Positions 19,758 to 29,950 of a DNA stretch of 64,000 nucleotides are shown here, in pieces (within the stretch, counting starts at the first letter, position 1; the number at the start of each line of letters is the position of its first letter). Source of the DNA: Dehalococcoidia bacterium (GTDB taxonomy: Bacteria > Chloroflexota > Dehalococcoidia > Lucifugimonadales > JAAXIE01); assembly GCA_965197805.1 (NCBI GenBank), contig OZ240229.1, positions 2,309,039 to 2,373,038 of the forward strand, read 5' to 3'. The position numbers were made by a program, and so were the translations under genes. The notes beneath the pieces are model-generated. The model made no database searches. It was not told the DNA's origin and was given only the letters and a program-made list of their open reading frames with translations.

Positions 19758-20249
19758 ATGGCACGCGCTTCTAAATCCAACGCAATTAAGGGTGGCGGCA
19801 GCAAGACTATCGCCACCAACCGTAGGGCCCGTTTCGACTACGAGATTTTGGATACGATGGAAGCTGGCATGGTGCTGACCGGCACGGAGATAAAGTCACT
19901 CCGCGCAGGCATGGCGACCATTGCCGAAGCCTATGCCCGTCCGCAGGACGGAGAACTGTGGCTCCACAACGCTCACATCGCTCCCTACTCCCAAGGTGGA
20001 ATCTACAACCACGAGCCCACTCGTCCCCGTAAGCTGCTGCTGCACAGGGGCCAACTGGCGCACCTAGCCTCGGAAACAGGCGAGAAGGGTCTGACCATCG
20101 TACCCCTGCGAATGTACCTCAAGGGGCACTACGCCAAGGTGGAGGTGGGTCTCGCCAAGGGCAAAAGGCAGTACGATAAGCGGCGCACCCTCATCGATCG
20201 GGAGAAGGACCAAGAGGCACGACGGGCAATACACCAAGCCTCACGCTAA
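19758..20249 (+). CDS. smpB: SsrA-binding protein
   Basis: 163 aa with IATNRRARFDYEI, GTEIKSLR and the basic C-terminal tail. Confidence 0.9.
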   Translation: MARASKSNAIKGGGSKTIATNRRARFDYEILDTMEAGMVLTGTEIKSLRAGMATIAEAYARPQDGELWLHNAHIAPYSQGGIYNHEPTRPRKLLLHRGQLAHLASETGEKGLTIVPLRMYLKGHYAKVEVGLAKGKRQYDKRRTLIDREKDQEARRAIHQASR

Positions 20250-20320
20250 CGGTCTTATGTGAACTCGACTAGGTGTGGGTCTGGCGCAATGGCTCGAATT
20301 GCACGATAATCGAGATGTCT

Positions 20321-20673
20321 GGGGACGCGTGGGTTCGACAGAGGAACGCACTGGACGATTGCAGGCCGAGTTGCCGTTACCTCGCTAAACTGGCGGCAAA
20401 AAGTAACTGGCGAACGTGAATTCGCACTAGCTGCCTAAACTAGGCAGCTACGTCCGCCCTCGCTAACCCTGGATGCGGGGCAACGGGCGCCATAAATCCG
20501 GGGCGCTTCTGCCCTTGTGCCGGTAGGGGGCAGACTAAGAAATGCCGGATGGTTCGCTCGCATTGTGCTGGCGGAAGGCGAGTGGAACGAGATCAAAGCG
20601 CCGGATAAGCCTGTAGCATATCCACCCAGGGTGCCCTTTGGACGGGGAGTTCGACCCTCCCCCGTCTCCACCA
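20321..20673 (+). ncRNA. ssrA: tmRNA (transfer-messenger RNA)
   Basis: The 5' end is GGGGACGCGTGGGTTCGACAG. The 3' end is a tRNA-like GGACGGGGAGTTCGACCCTCCCCCGTCTCCACCA. The internal tag frame GGC GAA CGT GAA TTC GCA CTA GCT GCC TAA (20409-20438) encodes GEREFALAA*. It lies directly downstream of smpB. Confidence 0.85.
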
Positions 20674-20805
20674 ACTTCTATCCTATGTTTCAACCGTCGT
20701 TGCCGATTCCTCGGTCATAACGGCGGCGCACGTAGATTGGATCCGAAATCATGTTTGGATCGACGCTGAGTCGACGGAATTGCGAGCCCTAGGAGGTGCC
20801 TTGAA

Positions 20806-21933
20806 ATGACGAGCGCAACTGTCGACGTGAGAGAGTTCTTGGCCCTGTTTCCCGTCGAAGATTTGGCTACAACAGGAATACTTCGTGGCGCGACTCGACT
20901 TCTCAACTTTATGAGCATAGACCCTCTGCTTGCCCTCATGCCCGAGCGAGGCGTTCTTCGTATCGAACCGCAAGACCGAGGATGGTTTCTGACCACTACG
21001 GGAGAGTTCTCAAATCCCCTCTCCGCAGAGGCTGGTAGCGGACGAGTAGATGACCTGGGACAAAGAGGCAACTTATTCAATTTTCAGAACAGGTCTATTA
21101 ATCCACATTACAGCCGCTTGACCAGCTCGCAACAAGAAGAGTTAGAAGTGGCAGAGGGCCTCCAAGAGGCGGAGGCAGAATCGGTCGACTTCCCAATGGA
21201 CATCAGGGAATTCCTAGAACAGTTCACCGCCATAGACTTGGCTCAAAGAGGAATTCTCCGTGGGCCCACGGGTCTCCTTAACGGCTTCAGCATCGAACCA
21301 CTTCTCCGACTAATGGCAGAGCACAGTGTAGCTCGTATAGAGTCTCAAGGCCGTGACTGGTTCCTAACCTGTACCCGAGAGTTCTCAAATCCTCTTTCAT
21401 CGGAATCTACGACGGGCACTTTAGAGAATCTTGTGCGCCCCGGCAGTTTGTTCCAAGCACAAAACAGGTCGATCAACCCACACTATGCCCGGGGGATTGG
21501 AGGCCCACAACTGGACGAATCAGAAGATGAATCGGACCTGGTAGAAGAGGTTGTGTCTCCCCTTACATTCCGCTTAGAACAAGATCTTCAAGAAGCATTG
21601 AGAGTTAGCATCGACCAACTAGAGCCTGGGCTTCGGATTGTAGATGGCGGCCGCGAACGGGTATTGGAAGGGCGTAGGCGCATAGATATTACTGCAGAAG
21701 ACGAGAATGGCCGTCTGGTTGTCATCGAACTTAAGCGTGGGCCTGCCGACCTGGGATCAGTGGGACAGCTCTTGTCCTACATGGGTAGCGTGAACGTCGA
21801 GGAAGCACGTCCGGTTCGCGGTGTGCTGATTGCCGGGGAATTACCACATCCTGTAGTTATGGCTGCAAGGGTCGCTCCGAACATCTCGCTTAAGGCCTAT
21901 ACCTTCCGTTTCTCGTTCACCGATCCCACCTAA
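20806..21933 (+). CDS. Tandem-duplicated unknown domain fused to a NucS/DUF91-like PD-(D/E)xK nuclease domain
   Basis: 375 aa. Residues 6-102 and 131-227 are about 60% identical by hand alignment, and both end in QNRSINPHY. The C-terminus RRIDITAEDENGRLVVIELKRGPADLGSVGQLLSYMG matches the NucS-type nuclease core. GC is lower than the flanks. Confidence 0.55.
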   Translation: MTSATVDVREFLALFPVEDLATTGILRGATRLLNFMSIDPLLALMPERGVLRIEPQDRGWFLTTTGEFSNPLSAEAGSGRVDDLGQRGNLFNFQNRSINPHYSRLTSSQQEELEVAEGLQEAEAESVDFPMDIREFLEQFTAIDLAQRGILRGPTGLLNGFSIEPLLRLMAEHSVARIESQGRDWFLTCTREFSNPLSSESTTGTLENLVRPGSLFQAQNRSINPHYARGIGGPQLDESEDESDLVEEVVSPLTFRLEQDLQEALRVSIDQLEPGLRIVDGGRERVLEGRRRIDITAEDENGRLVVIELKRGPADLGSVGQLLSYMGSVNVEEARPVRGVLIAGELPHPVVMAARVAPNISLKAYTFRFSFTDPT

Positions 21934-23102
21934 ATAAGCACCAACTCCCCATACAACTCCTCCACTTCGCTCAAGACCGATGTCATGTCGTGTCGTTGGA
22001 TGCGCTCCATGCTGCTTTGGCCCATAGCGTTCCAGTGGTCGCGGTGCTCCAGCATGAGAAGCATCTTTCGGGCCAGGTCTTCCGGCGTTGCCTCAAACAG
22101 GTAGCCATTTACACCATCCTCCACCAGTTCCGGCAGGGCGACGGCATTGACTGCGAGGATAGGTAGCCCCGTAGCCATCGCCTCCATCACGGCGAGACCC
22201 TGCAACTCTGCTGTCCCGGGACCAACATAGGCGTCTGCTAAGCTGTAGAGTCCTCGTAAGTCGTCATCCGGGACATAGCCGGTGAACCGCACCACATCTT
22301 CTGCGCCGAGGCGCTTGGAGAGGTCCCAAAACTCCGATTGGTCTTTCCCCTTCCCCACAATCACTGTCTGTAAGTCGGCCGAGGCGGCCGCTTCCGCAGT
22401 AGCTCGGATCGCGAGGTCGGCCTTCTTGTCTCTTTCGAGACGCCCCACCACCATAAACATAGGCACCCCGGGGCGGAGACCGTATCTCCTATATAGAGTC
22501 TCTGGGGAGTGAGGCCCCGAATAGCGTTGCAGGTCAATCCCGTTGGATATGACACGAGCGGGGGCGGTCAAGCCAGCTTCGTTCAGGAGATCCAGGCCAG
22601 CGTATGACGGGGTGATGACGCAGTCCAGACGGTTGTAGACCTTGGTGCATTCCTTCCACATCATTGAAGCGCTCATGGGTCTTAGGGGTTTGGGGATATA
22701 ACTCAGGACGTTATCAGGCATGAAATGGTTCGTACCCACTACGGGCAGTCCGAGTTTCCGACCCTGCTTCAGACATCCCTTGCCTAGTATGAAGTGGTTC
22801 TGGATATGCACGATGTCAGGGTCGACATGGCGAAAGATACGTTCCAGCTTGGCCCCAATCCGGGCTACAGAGACAATACGGAAGTCGGGGTGTATTGGCT
22901 TGGTGGTAAAGGACTTGACCCGGTGGACCGTCACGCCTCCGCAGGAAGGGTCTTGATGCACCTCGTCGCGATAGGCCATGCTGGGCGCAACTACAGCGAC
23001 TTGATGGCCCCTTTCAGTCAGGCCCTTGGCCAGCCGTTGGGTCGCCACTGCCGCGCCGTTCAACTGCGGTGGGTATGTATCGTTGGCTAGCAGCACCTTC
23101 AA
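21930..23102 (-). CDS. Glycosyltransferase family 4 (GT-B)
   Basis: 390 aa, starting MKVLLANDTYPPQLNGAAV, with the C-terminal EAMATGLPILA motif. Confidence 0.8.
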   Translation of the reverse strand: MKVLLANDTYPPQLNGAAVATQRLAKGLTERGHQVAVVAPSMAYRDEVHQDPSCGGVTVHRVKSFTTKPIHPDFRIVSVARIGAKLERIFRHVDPDIVHIQNHFILGKGCLKQGRKLGLPVVGTNHFMPDNVLSYIPKPLRPMSASMMWKECTKVYNRLDCVITPSYAGLDLLNEAGLTAPARVISNGIDLQRYSGPHSPETLYRRYGLRPGVPMFMVVGRLERDKKADLAIRATAEAAASADLQTVIVGKGKDQSEFWDLSKRLGAEDVVRFTGYVPDDDLRGLYSLADAYVGPGTAELQGLAVMEAMATGLPILAVNAVALPELVEDGVNGYLFEATPEDLARKMLLMLEHRDHWNAMGQSSMERIQRHDMTSVLSEVEELYGELVLI

Positions 23103-23154
23103 CAGTTGTTCCCCCGTGTTCCGGTTCCCTCTTGCGACCCGGCAGAGAATTCAC

Positions 23155-23832
23155 CTATTCCAGTACATCGTATGGCGTGTTATGTTGCGCGGTCGGCTCG
23201 TAGCTGGCCGGTTCATCGCCGATCTGTCCATCGTTCATAGATTGTTGCATCCTCCGGGTATAGCGGCGGGCGATGCGGCTGTAGACGTAGGAGGCCGCCA
23301 CGAATGATACAAAAATAGCCGCCAGCCACAGCGGTCCGTATCCAAAGGCTGTGCGCAGCATCCCGTAGCCCTCGCCGGAATAGTAACCCAAGACGGTGAA
23401 CATCGCGGAGGTGAGGGCTACGATGGCGATGTCCCACCAGATGAAACGCCGGATGGAGACGCCCAGCGCCCCCATGACCGCCAAGCCGGGCGGGCTGATG
23501 AATGGGATCGTCTTGATAAACAGGAGCCACTTACCCATGTTGTTGTCAATCAGCCCGGCCGCCCGTTCCCGTCTTGGAGGTGGGATTCCGATGCGGGACC
23601 CGAACTTGTCCACCATCCACTGTCCGCTCCAACTCCCCAGCAGATAATACAAGACGTCGGGCAGGAAGTTGGCGAAAAAGGACAGCCCTAAAACGATAAA
23701 GACGTTGAAGTGTCCTTGAGAGGCACCCAACGAGGCAGATGCGGTGACTGCCGGCCCCTCCACCAGCATCACCAAGAACATCAACAGGTAGCCGTACCTG
23801 ATGAGCCAGTCCAGTATCTCCGTTTCAATCAA
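23155..23832 (-). CDS. DedA/SNARE-associated family membrane protein
   Basis: 225 aa, multi-TM. YGYLLMFLVMLVEGP is the DedA signature context. Confidence 0.7.
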   Translation of the reverse strand: MIETEILDWLIRYGYLLMFLVMLVEGPAVTASASLGASQGHFNVFIVLGLSFFANFLPDVLYYLLGSWSGQWMVDKFGSRIGIPPPRRERAAGLIDNNMGKWLLFIKTIPFISPPGLAVMGALGVSIRRFIWWDIAIVALTSAMFTVLGYYSGEGYGMLRTAFGYGPLWLAAIFVSFVAASYVYSRIARRYTRRMQQSMNDGQIGDEPASYEPTAQHNTPYDVLE

Positions 23833-24084
23833 GGGGACTCAGCCTGCGCAGGGTCTCTGGCCCCGATTTCATTTCCGCAAAGGCGAGCGGTTGCGCAGCA
23901 ACCGGTGAATTCTCCACGTTGACTCGGATCCTCGACAGTGTGTGGGAGCGATATACTTCGTATGTCAACGCCCTCTTCTGGGAACGCTATTGGCAATTGT
24001 AACCCAAAAGGCCGAACGCGAATCAGCGTCCCAGAGACAACCGCCATCGAGGACACCTTTTAACCCTCTTGGTTTCACCCTTAA

Positions 24085-24113
24085 GTTGACACCCCTATGG
24101 GGCGCTAATAGAC
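24085..24113 (+). promoter_or_regulatory. Putative sigma70-type promoter upstream of the amidohydrolase gene
   Basis: TTGACA (24085-24090), a 17 nt spacer, then TAGACT (24108-24113), about 60 nt upstream of ATG 24174. Confidence 0.3.
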
Positions 24114-24173
24114 TGACCGCACAAACCCACCATAGCTTAGGTGCCATAGTCAGGTAACGAGAGAGGAGAGCCC

Positions 24174-25412
24174 ATGAAAGACGGAATGAGGTTTGTTGAC
24201 TGCGATATGCATATCATGGAACCGCCAGACCTGTTCGACAGGTACTTGGACCCCAAGTACAAGGACAGGGTAATCCTGCCGCGTGGGGCCGACGGCAGGG
24301 CCAAGCGCGGCACCATGATCATTGACGGTCTCGCAACATCAGCAGACCCCGACATGCAGCAGTACCGCAAGCGCTCTGCCCCAGCCAAGAGCAACTACGG
24401 CAGCCATTCGGGCCTCTCCTCCGTGGCCCTTTCCGGTTCCCGTATCGCCGAATCCGGCAGGCTCGACTTTGCCATCCAGCGGGACTACGACGCCGAGGCC
24501 CAAGTGATGGCCTTCGACATGGAAGGCATCGACATCGCGGTGCTGTTCCCCACTACCGGCTTGAGCTTGGTGGCTCGCGACGGCATGGACCCTGAGCTGT
24601 CTCTGGCTCTGTGTCAGGCCTACAACAACTGGATCTCCGAATTCTGCAGCTACAGCCCCAACCAGTTGAAGTTCGCCGCCATGCTGCCGCCCCAAGATGT
24701 GAACCTCGCGTGCCAAGAGCTGGTGCGGGCCGTCAAGCAGTTGGGTGCCGTTGGTTCCTTCATGCGACCGAACCTGTGCAACGACCGTTACTGGCATTCC
24801 AACCAGTGGGACCCTCTCTACTCCCTGCATGAAGAGATGGACGTGACCTGGGGATTCCACGAGGGCACGGGTGCTTGGAACTCCCATATGAACACCATCT
24901 ACGGCGAGAACCGCTTCTACCGCCATGTGGCCAGCCACTGGATTGAGATGCAGCAGGCCTTGGTGGCCATGATTATTGGTGGCGTCTTCGAGTTCCATCC
25001 CAAGCTGCGAGTAGGCTTCCTCGAAGCCCAGAACTCTTGGGTGCCGGGCCTTCTGACCCGTATCGAGTGGGACTATCCCCAGTACCGTGATTCCCACGCA
25101 CCCTACCTATCCATGACCCCCAAGGAGTACTTCCGGCGCAACTGCTGGGCCGCGGTGGAAGGCAGCGAGCCGGAGATTGAGGCTACGGCCTCACTCATTG
25201 GTGCTGACAGGATGTGCATCTCCACCGACTACCCTCACTTCGACTCCAACTTCCCCAACGTCACCAGCAACTTGGTTGGCGTAGCCTCCCGGGAAACGGC
25301 ATCCCAGATTCTCATGGGCGGAGCGTCGCTGTGGGGATTCAGCGAAGTGGACTTCCAGAAGGCCAAGGCTGCGGCCGCTGAGCACCGCAAAGAGGCAGTA
25401 GCCGCCGACTAA
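24174..25412 (+). CDS. Amidohydrolase-2 (ACMSD/TIM-barrel metal-dependent hydrolase) family protein
   Basis: 412 aa. FVDCDMHIMEP is the N-terminal metal-binding H-x-H-like motif, and STDYPHFD lies near the C-terminus. Confidence 0.75.
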   Translation: MKDGMRFVDCDMHIMEPPDLFDRYLDPKYKDRVILPRGADGRAKRGTMIIDGLATSADPDMQQYRKRSAPAKSNYGSHSGLSSVALSGSRIAESGRLDFAIQRDYDAEAQVMAFDMEGIDIAVLFPTTGLSLVARDGMDPELSLALCQAYNNWISEFCSYSPNQLKFAAMLPPQDVNLACQELVRAVKQLGAVGSFMRPNLCNDRYWHSNQWDPLYSLHEEMDVTWGFHEGTGAWNSHMNTIYGENRFYRHVASHWIEMQQALVAMIIGGVFEFHPKLRVGFLEAQNSWVPGLLTRIEWDYPQYRDSHAPYLSMTPKEYFRRNCWAAVEGSEPEIEATASLIGADRMCISTDYPHFDSNFPNVTSNLVGVASRETASQILMGGASLWGFSEVDFQKAKAAAAEHRKEAVAAD

Positions 25413-25472
25413 GTCGCAGACCGCGGGCAACCACAAGGGTTGGCCTTATGACAGGCGACGGAGCAAACTGTA

Positions 25473-25499
25473 GGGGCGCCCTCAAGGGGCGCCCCTTAT
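25473..25499 (+). terminator. GC-rich hairpin downstream of the amidohydrolase gene (possible terminator)
   Basis: GGGGCGCCC-TCAAG-GGGCGCCCC forms a 9 bp stem, followed by TTATGTT. The T-tract is weak. Confidence 0.4.
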
Positions 25500-25570
25500 G
25501 TTCAGCCTTTGTGCCTAGGGATGATATGGTAGCTCGGCGTACACACCACAATGGTGAGAGGAGGTGGGTG

Positions 25571-26872
25571 ATGACAACAGACGTAAGAGGGCTGGTGGAT
25601 TCGGAGCAGGGCCTGATGAGCAGGCGTATCTTCATTGAGGACGAGATTTATCAACAGGAACTGGAGCGTATCTTCGCCCGCTGTTGGCTCTTCCTCTGTC
25701 ACGAAAGCCAGATACCCCACCCCGGCGACTTTTTCTCCACCTACATGGGCGAGGACCCAGTTCTTGTCACCCGCGACTCCAACGGCAAGATCGGCGCATT
25801 CTTGAATGTTTGCCGGCATCGAGGCAACCGCGTCTGTCGTGCTGATTCGGGCAATGCTTCCGCCTTCGTGTGCGCCTACCACGGTTGGACCTACGCCAAC
25901 GACGGCAAGCTCATTGCTGTGCCCAGCCTGAAGGAGGCCTACTACGACGAGTTGGACACGTCCAAGTGGGGGTTGGTGCCGGTGGCTCAACTGGATAGCT
26001 ACAAGGGTCTGGTGTTCGCCACTTTCGACGCCTCTACCCCGTCTCTGCTGGACTATCTCGGCGAGATGACTTGGTACCTTGATGCCTTCTTCGACCGGCG
26101 TGAAGGGGGCGTCGAAGTATTTCCCGGCATGCATAGGTGGACCATCCCCTGCAACTGGAAGTTGCCAGCGGAGAATTTCGGCGGCGACAACTACCATGTG
26201 CCCTGGACCCACCTATCCGCCCTGCGCACTGGCTTCACCTCGCAGTCGCGACAGCAAGAACAACAGGGCGCGCCCCTACTGGGCCGACTGATAGCATCCG
26301 GGACGGGGCACTCCATCATCTGCCGTGGTCCCGACGCCAACTACGAAACGGTTTTGCCGGAGGTCCAAGACTACGAGGATGAAGTAAGGGCGGAGGTAAG
26401 AGAGAGGCTGGGTCCACGGCTCGACATCGTCAAGCCCATCGTGGGTACCATCTTCCCCAACTTCACCTTCATCCGCGCCTCCACAACCCAGGAATTCCGT
26501 GCCTGGCACCCCCGGGGACCGGGGAAACTGGAAGTCTGGTCGTGCAGCTTTGTGGACACCGCAGCGCCAAGGCACATCAAGGAGGCCTATCGCCGTACAG
26601 CCCTGCGCACCTTCGGTCCCGCAGGCACCTTCGAGCAGGACGACTCGGACAACTGGGAGGAGTGCACCCATACGGCCCGTGGGCCGATGGCCCGGCGCAT
26701 TCCGGTCAACAACCAGATGGGCATGGGACGAGACCGGTTCGATGAAGAGCTGATGGCATACGCCAACGACCAGCCGACCAGCGAGCACACCCATCGCGCC
26801 TTCTACCGCCACTGGGCCAATGTTATGTCTGCCGAGACCTGGGCCGATGTGCCCGGCATGGTAGTGCGGTAA
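25571..26872 (+). CDS. Rieske-type aromatic ring-hydroxylating oxygenase, alpha subunit
   Basis: ORF 25448..26872; the likely start is ATG 25571 (MTTDVRGLV). It has the Rieske motif CRHRG...CAYHGW and a catalytic-domain NYHVPWTH. No beta subunit lies adjacent. Confidence 0.85.
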   Translation: MTTDVRGLVDSEQGLMSRRIFIEDEIYQQELERIFARCWLFLCHESQIPHPGDFFSTYMGEDPVLVTRDSNGKIGAFLNVCRHRGNRVCRADSGNASAFVCAYHGWTYANDGKLIAVPSLKEAYYDELDTSKWGLVPVAQLDSYKGLVFATFDASTPSLLDYLGEMTWYLDAFFDRREGGVEVFPGMHRWTIPCNWKLPAENFGGDNYHVPWTHLSALRTGFTSQSRQQEQQGAPLLGRLIASGTGHSIICRGPDANYETVLPEVQDYEDEVRAEVRERLGPRLDIVKPIVGTIFPNFTFIRASTTQEFRAWHPRGPGKLEVWSCSFVDTAAPRHIKEAYRRTALRTFGPAGTFEQDDSDNWEECTHTARGPMARRIPVNNQMGMGRDRFDEELMAYANDQPTSEHTHRAFYRHWANVMSAETWADVPGMVVR

Positions 26873-27292
26873 GTGGACTCGAAGCAGGCCGTTGGCCAAG
26901 TCCGGGTTCTCGTAGACGGTAACAACGTCATGGGGTCTAGGCCCGATGGCTGGTGGCGCGATCGAGGTCAGGCGATGCGGCGGCTCGTGAACGAGTTGGC
27001 GCAGAACAAGTGGCGAGCAGGGGGCGAATGGACCATAGTCTTCGATGGCCAGCCCCGGCAAGGACTGGCAGACGCGCCAGCCGGCGTACAAGTCGAGTAC
27101 GCTCTTAGGGGTGGCGCTAATGGTGCGGATGACCGCATCGTGGAAATCGTCGACCAGACGACTCGCAGCTCGAAAGTGCAGGAAGTGCTCGTCTACACAT
27201 CCGACCGGGCTCTCAGGGAACGGTTACTGCCGCTCGGAGCGCGAGTCGAGGGGGCAAGCGCACTGCTCAGGGCCCTCCGCGAGTTGCCTTGA
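26873..27292 (+). CDS. NYN/YacP-like predicted RNase domain protein
   Basis: 139 aa with a GTG start immediately after the Rieske stop. VLVDGNNVMGSRPDGWW, IVFDG and ADDRIVE match the YacP-like pattern. Confidence 0.6.
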   Translation: MDSKQAVGQVRVLVDGNNVMGSRPDGWWRDRGQAMRRLVNELAQNKWRAGGEWTIVFDGQPRQGLADAPAGVQVEYALRGGANGADDRIVEIVDQTTRSSKVQEVLVYTSDRALRERLLPLGARVEGASALLRALRELP

Positions 27293-27383
27293 GACTACAC
27301 ATGGGGATAGCAGGGGCGACATGACACTGCCCCTACCCCCGAAATCATCCAGAATTTCCAAAGCAGGCTGAGGAGAAGATACG

Positions 27384-28586
27384 ATGGCGAAGGCGTTGGA
27401 AGGGGTCCGAGTGATCGACCTGACCCAGTTCGAAGCAGGAACGTCCTGCACTGAGGTGCTGGCTTGGATGGGGGCTGACGTCATCAAAGTTGAGGAACCC
27501 AACCGTGGCGACCCTGGGCGTGGCCTATGGCCCGACTCCTCCGGCACCGACAGCTACTACTTCATCCTCCTGAACCTGAACAAACGCAGCGTGACACTGG
27601 ACCTCAAGAGTGAGACTGGCAAGTCGATGTTCCTGGATATGGTGCGGCAAGGGGACATAGTTGCCGAGAACATGGCCCCCGGCGCCATGGAGAGGCTGGG
27701 GCTGGGCTACGATGTGCTGAAAGAGGTCAACCCGCGCATCATCATGGCCCGCATCAAGGGGTTCGGCACCTATGGCCCCTATAGCGAGTTCAAGTCCTTC
27801 GACATGATTGCCCAAGCGACCGGCGGGGCCATGACCACCACCGGCTACGCCGATGGCGTACCTCTGAAGCCCGGCCCCACTATTGGCGACACCGGCACCG
27901 GAGTGCACGCCGCCATCGGAATCATGGCCGCCCTATGGCAGCGGGAGCATACCGGTGAGGGGCAGGTGGTGGAGGTCTCGATGCAGGACGCTGTGATGAA
28001 CTACTGCCGTGTGCGCATGGTCGACTACTACCGCACCGGCGAGTCGCCTCCCCGCACAGGCAACCCGCGCAACAGCGTACCGGGCGGCATTTACAAGTGC
28101 CATCCCGGCGGCCCCGACGACTACTGCTACCTCTTTGCCCAAGCGGTGCGTCCTCGCATGTGGGACTCGGTATTGGAGGTCATTGGCCGCGAGGATCTGA
28201 TTGGCGACCCCAACTACTCCGACCCGCAATGGCGTTTGGACCACGCCGACGAGGTCAATGGAATGATTGAGGAGTGGACCTCCCAACGCACCAAGCACGA
28301 GGTGATGCGACTCATGGGCGAGGCCGGAGTGCCTGCTGGAGCTACGCTGAACGCTGCCGACCTCCACTCGGACCCTCAGTTGCTGGCGCGGGAGATGATC
28401 ACCGAGATCGACCACCAAGTGCGAGGAAGAATGACCCTGCCGGGATGCCCCATCAAGCTGGGCGACTCGCCAGTCGAAATCACCACCTCACCTCTGCTGG
28501 GTGAGCACAACGCCGAGGTCTACCGCGAGCTTCTCGGATATGGAGATGAGGAGATCGCTCGCCTCAAGGAAGAGCGGATAATCTAG
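27384..28586 (+). CDS. CaiB/BaiF family III CoA-transferase
   Basis: 400 aa with GVRVIDLTQFEAGTSCT and VENMAPGAMERLGLGY motifs. Confidence 0.85.
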   Translation: MAKALEGVRVIDLTQFEAGTSCTEVLAWMGADVIKVEEPNRGDPGRGLWPDSSGTDSYYFILLNLNKRSVTLDLKSETGKSMFLDMVRQGDIVAENMAPGAMERLGLGYDVLKEVNPRIIMARIKGFGTYGPYSEFKSFDMIAQATGGAMTTTGYADGVPLKPGPTIGDTGTGVHAAIGIMAALWQREHTGEGQVVEVSMQDAVMNYCRVRMVDYYRTGESPPRTGNPRNSVPGGIYKCHPGGPDDYCYLFAQAVRPRMWDSVLEVIGREDLIGDPNYSDPQWRLDHADEVNGMIEEWTSQRTKHEVMRLMGEAGVPAGATLNAADLHSDPQLLAREMITEIDHQVRGRMTLPGCPIKLGDSPVEITTSPLLGEHNAEVYRELLGYGDEEIARLKEERII

Positions 28587-29686
28587 CCGCCGCCATAGAC
28601 TCGGTTCAGGTTGGCGTAGCGCCCAGGGTCTAGCTCCTTGCCTTGCAGTGCGGTATGGTCTGGACCGTAGCGATGGGTTCGGAAGACGCGATTCGCGTAG
28701 CCGTCAGGTTCATTACGGAAGAAGGGGCTGACGTACTCCCATACTACCTGTCCCTTGGTCGTGACCTCGAACAGGCGTCCATCATACCCCTCGCAGATTA
28801 ACGTATTGCCGTTGGGCAACCTCTCGCACCCCCCAGTGAAATGGGTGAAGAAGGACGACGCAGGGTCGGCACGATACTCCCACACGATGCTGTCGGAGTT
28901 TGGGTCCACTTCCACAGCCCGTGAGAAGCTTAGACCTCGGCGGTGGCAGCCGTTGTCCAGCAGCAGCACATTCCCATTGGCCAAGGGCCTCGGATTATGT
29001 TGATGGGAAATCTCCCCCTTCCCCCACTTCCAAAGGAAGGGGCCTCCACCGCTGCCCACCTTCGCCACCGTGTCTAGGATCCGAAAGCTGATGAGGAAGC
29101 TGCCGTCGTCCAAAGCGGTGAGATCGTTGGCTCCACCACGCGCGTCCCGCGGTTCCAGTGGGCAAATGACGTCCTCCTCGTCATCCAAGCAGTCGATGGA
29201 GTGCCACTCGTAGACTGTAGATCCGTCGGGTGCCACTTCCCGCACCAAGTCCCCGAGCATCCTCTGCTGCCCGTCGCCAGACTCAAACCCGCCCCGCACA
29301 GCGTGGCCCTGCCCTGGGGCGAGCTGCTCCCAGAACAGCATCACTGTGTTGCCGTTGGGCAGCCGGCTGAAGCGCTTAACTGTTGGGTCACGATATTCCC
29401 ACACCAACTCGCCGTCCCAAGTAAGCTCCTGCACTCGGTCCGACGCCGGAGCGCCGGGAAACCCGCCAGCCCCAGGTACTGGGGGAGTCCGCAGCAGCAG
29501 GTTGCCCGTGGGCAGCAGATACGCTTGCGCCACACCCATGGGACACCGCCAACGATGCACAAAACGGCCTTCCATATCGATGAGATAGGTAGCATCGCTA
29601 GCATTGGGGACCAAAAGCGTATATCCGGCAAAGGCGCGGTTGGCCTCGTGCAAGGTCACTCCGGTCGGTCGTCGTGGCCATCCCAT
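28583..29686 (-). CDS. Arylsulfotransferase (ASST)-like beta-propeller protein
   Basis: 367 aa with GYTLLVPNASDATYLIDMEGRFVHRW and repeated NGN(T/V)L blades. Its stop codon shares the palindrome CTAG with the convergent CaiB stop. Confidence 0.5.
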   Translation of the reverse strand: MGWPRRPTGVTLHEANRAFAGYTLLVPNASDATYLIDMEGRFVHRWRCPMGVAQAYLLPTGNLLLRTPPVPGAGGFPGAPASDRVQELTWDGELVWEYRDPTVKRFSRLPNGNTVMLFWEQLAPGQGHAVRGGFESGDGQQRMLGDLVREVAPDGSTVYEWHSIDCLDDEEDVICPLEPRDARGGANDLTALDDGSFLISFRILDTVAKVGSGGGPFLWKWGKGEISHQHNPRPLANGNVLLLDNGCHRRGLSFSRAVEVDPNSDSIVWEYRADPASSFFTHFTGGCERLPNGNTLICEGYDGRLFEVTTKGQVVWEYVSPFFRNEPDGYANRVFRTHRYGPDHTALQGKELDPGRYANLNRVYGGG

Positions 29687-29950
29687 AGGGGGCCTCCTTT
29701 ATTGCTATCGTGGGTTATGTGTCAGGAAGGCCAAGTATACTTGAGAATGGGATCAGCTGGGTGCTTGTTCGCGGAGTCCGTTGCTCGGGAGACCGTTTTG
29801 ATCTGGGAGGTCAATATACGCCTACGGCTGGAAGCTAGTCTCGCAATTCCACCCGGGGTGCTGCTGAAGGTCGAGCGCACAACCGCCCTAGCATATTACG
29901 CAACTGCCTAGTCATCCGAGGTACCTTGGAGGATGGTCGGAGCGTCCCAC

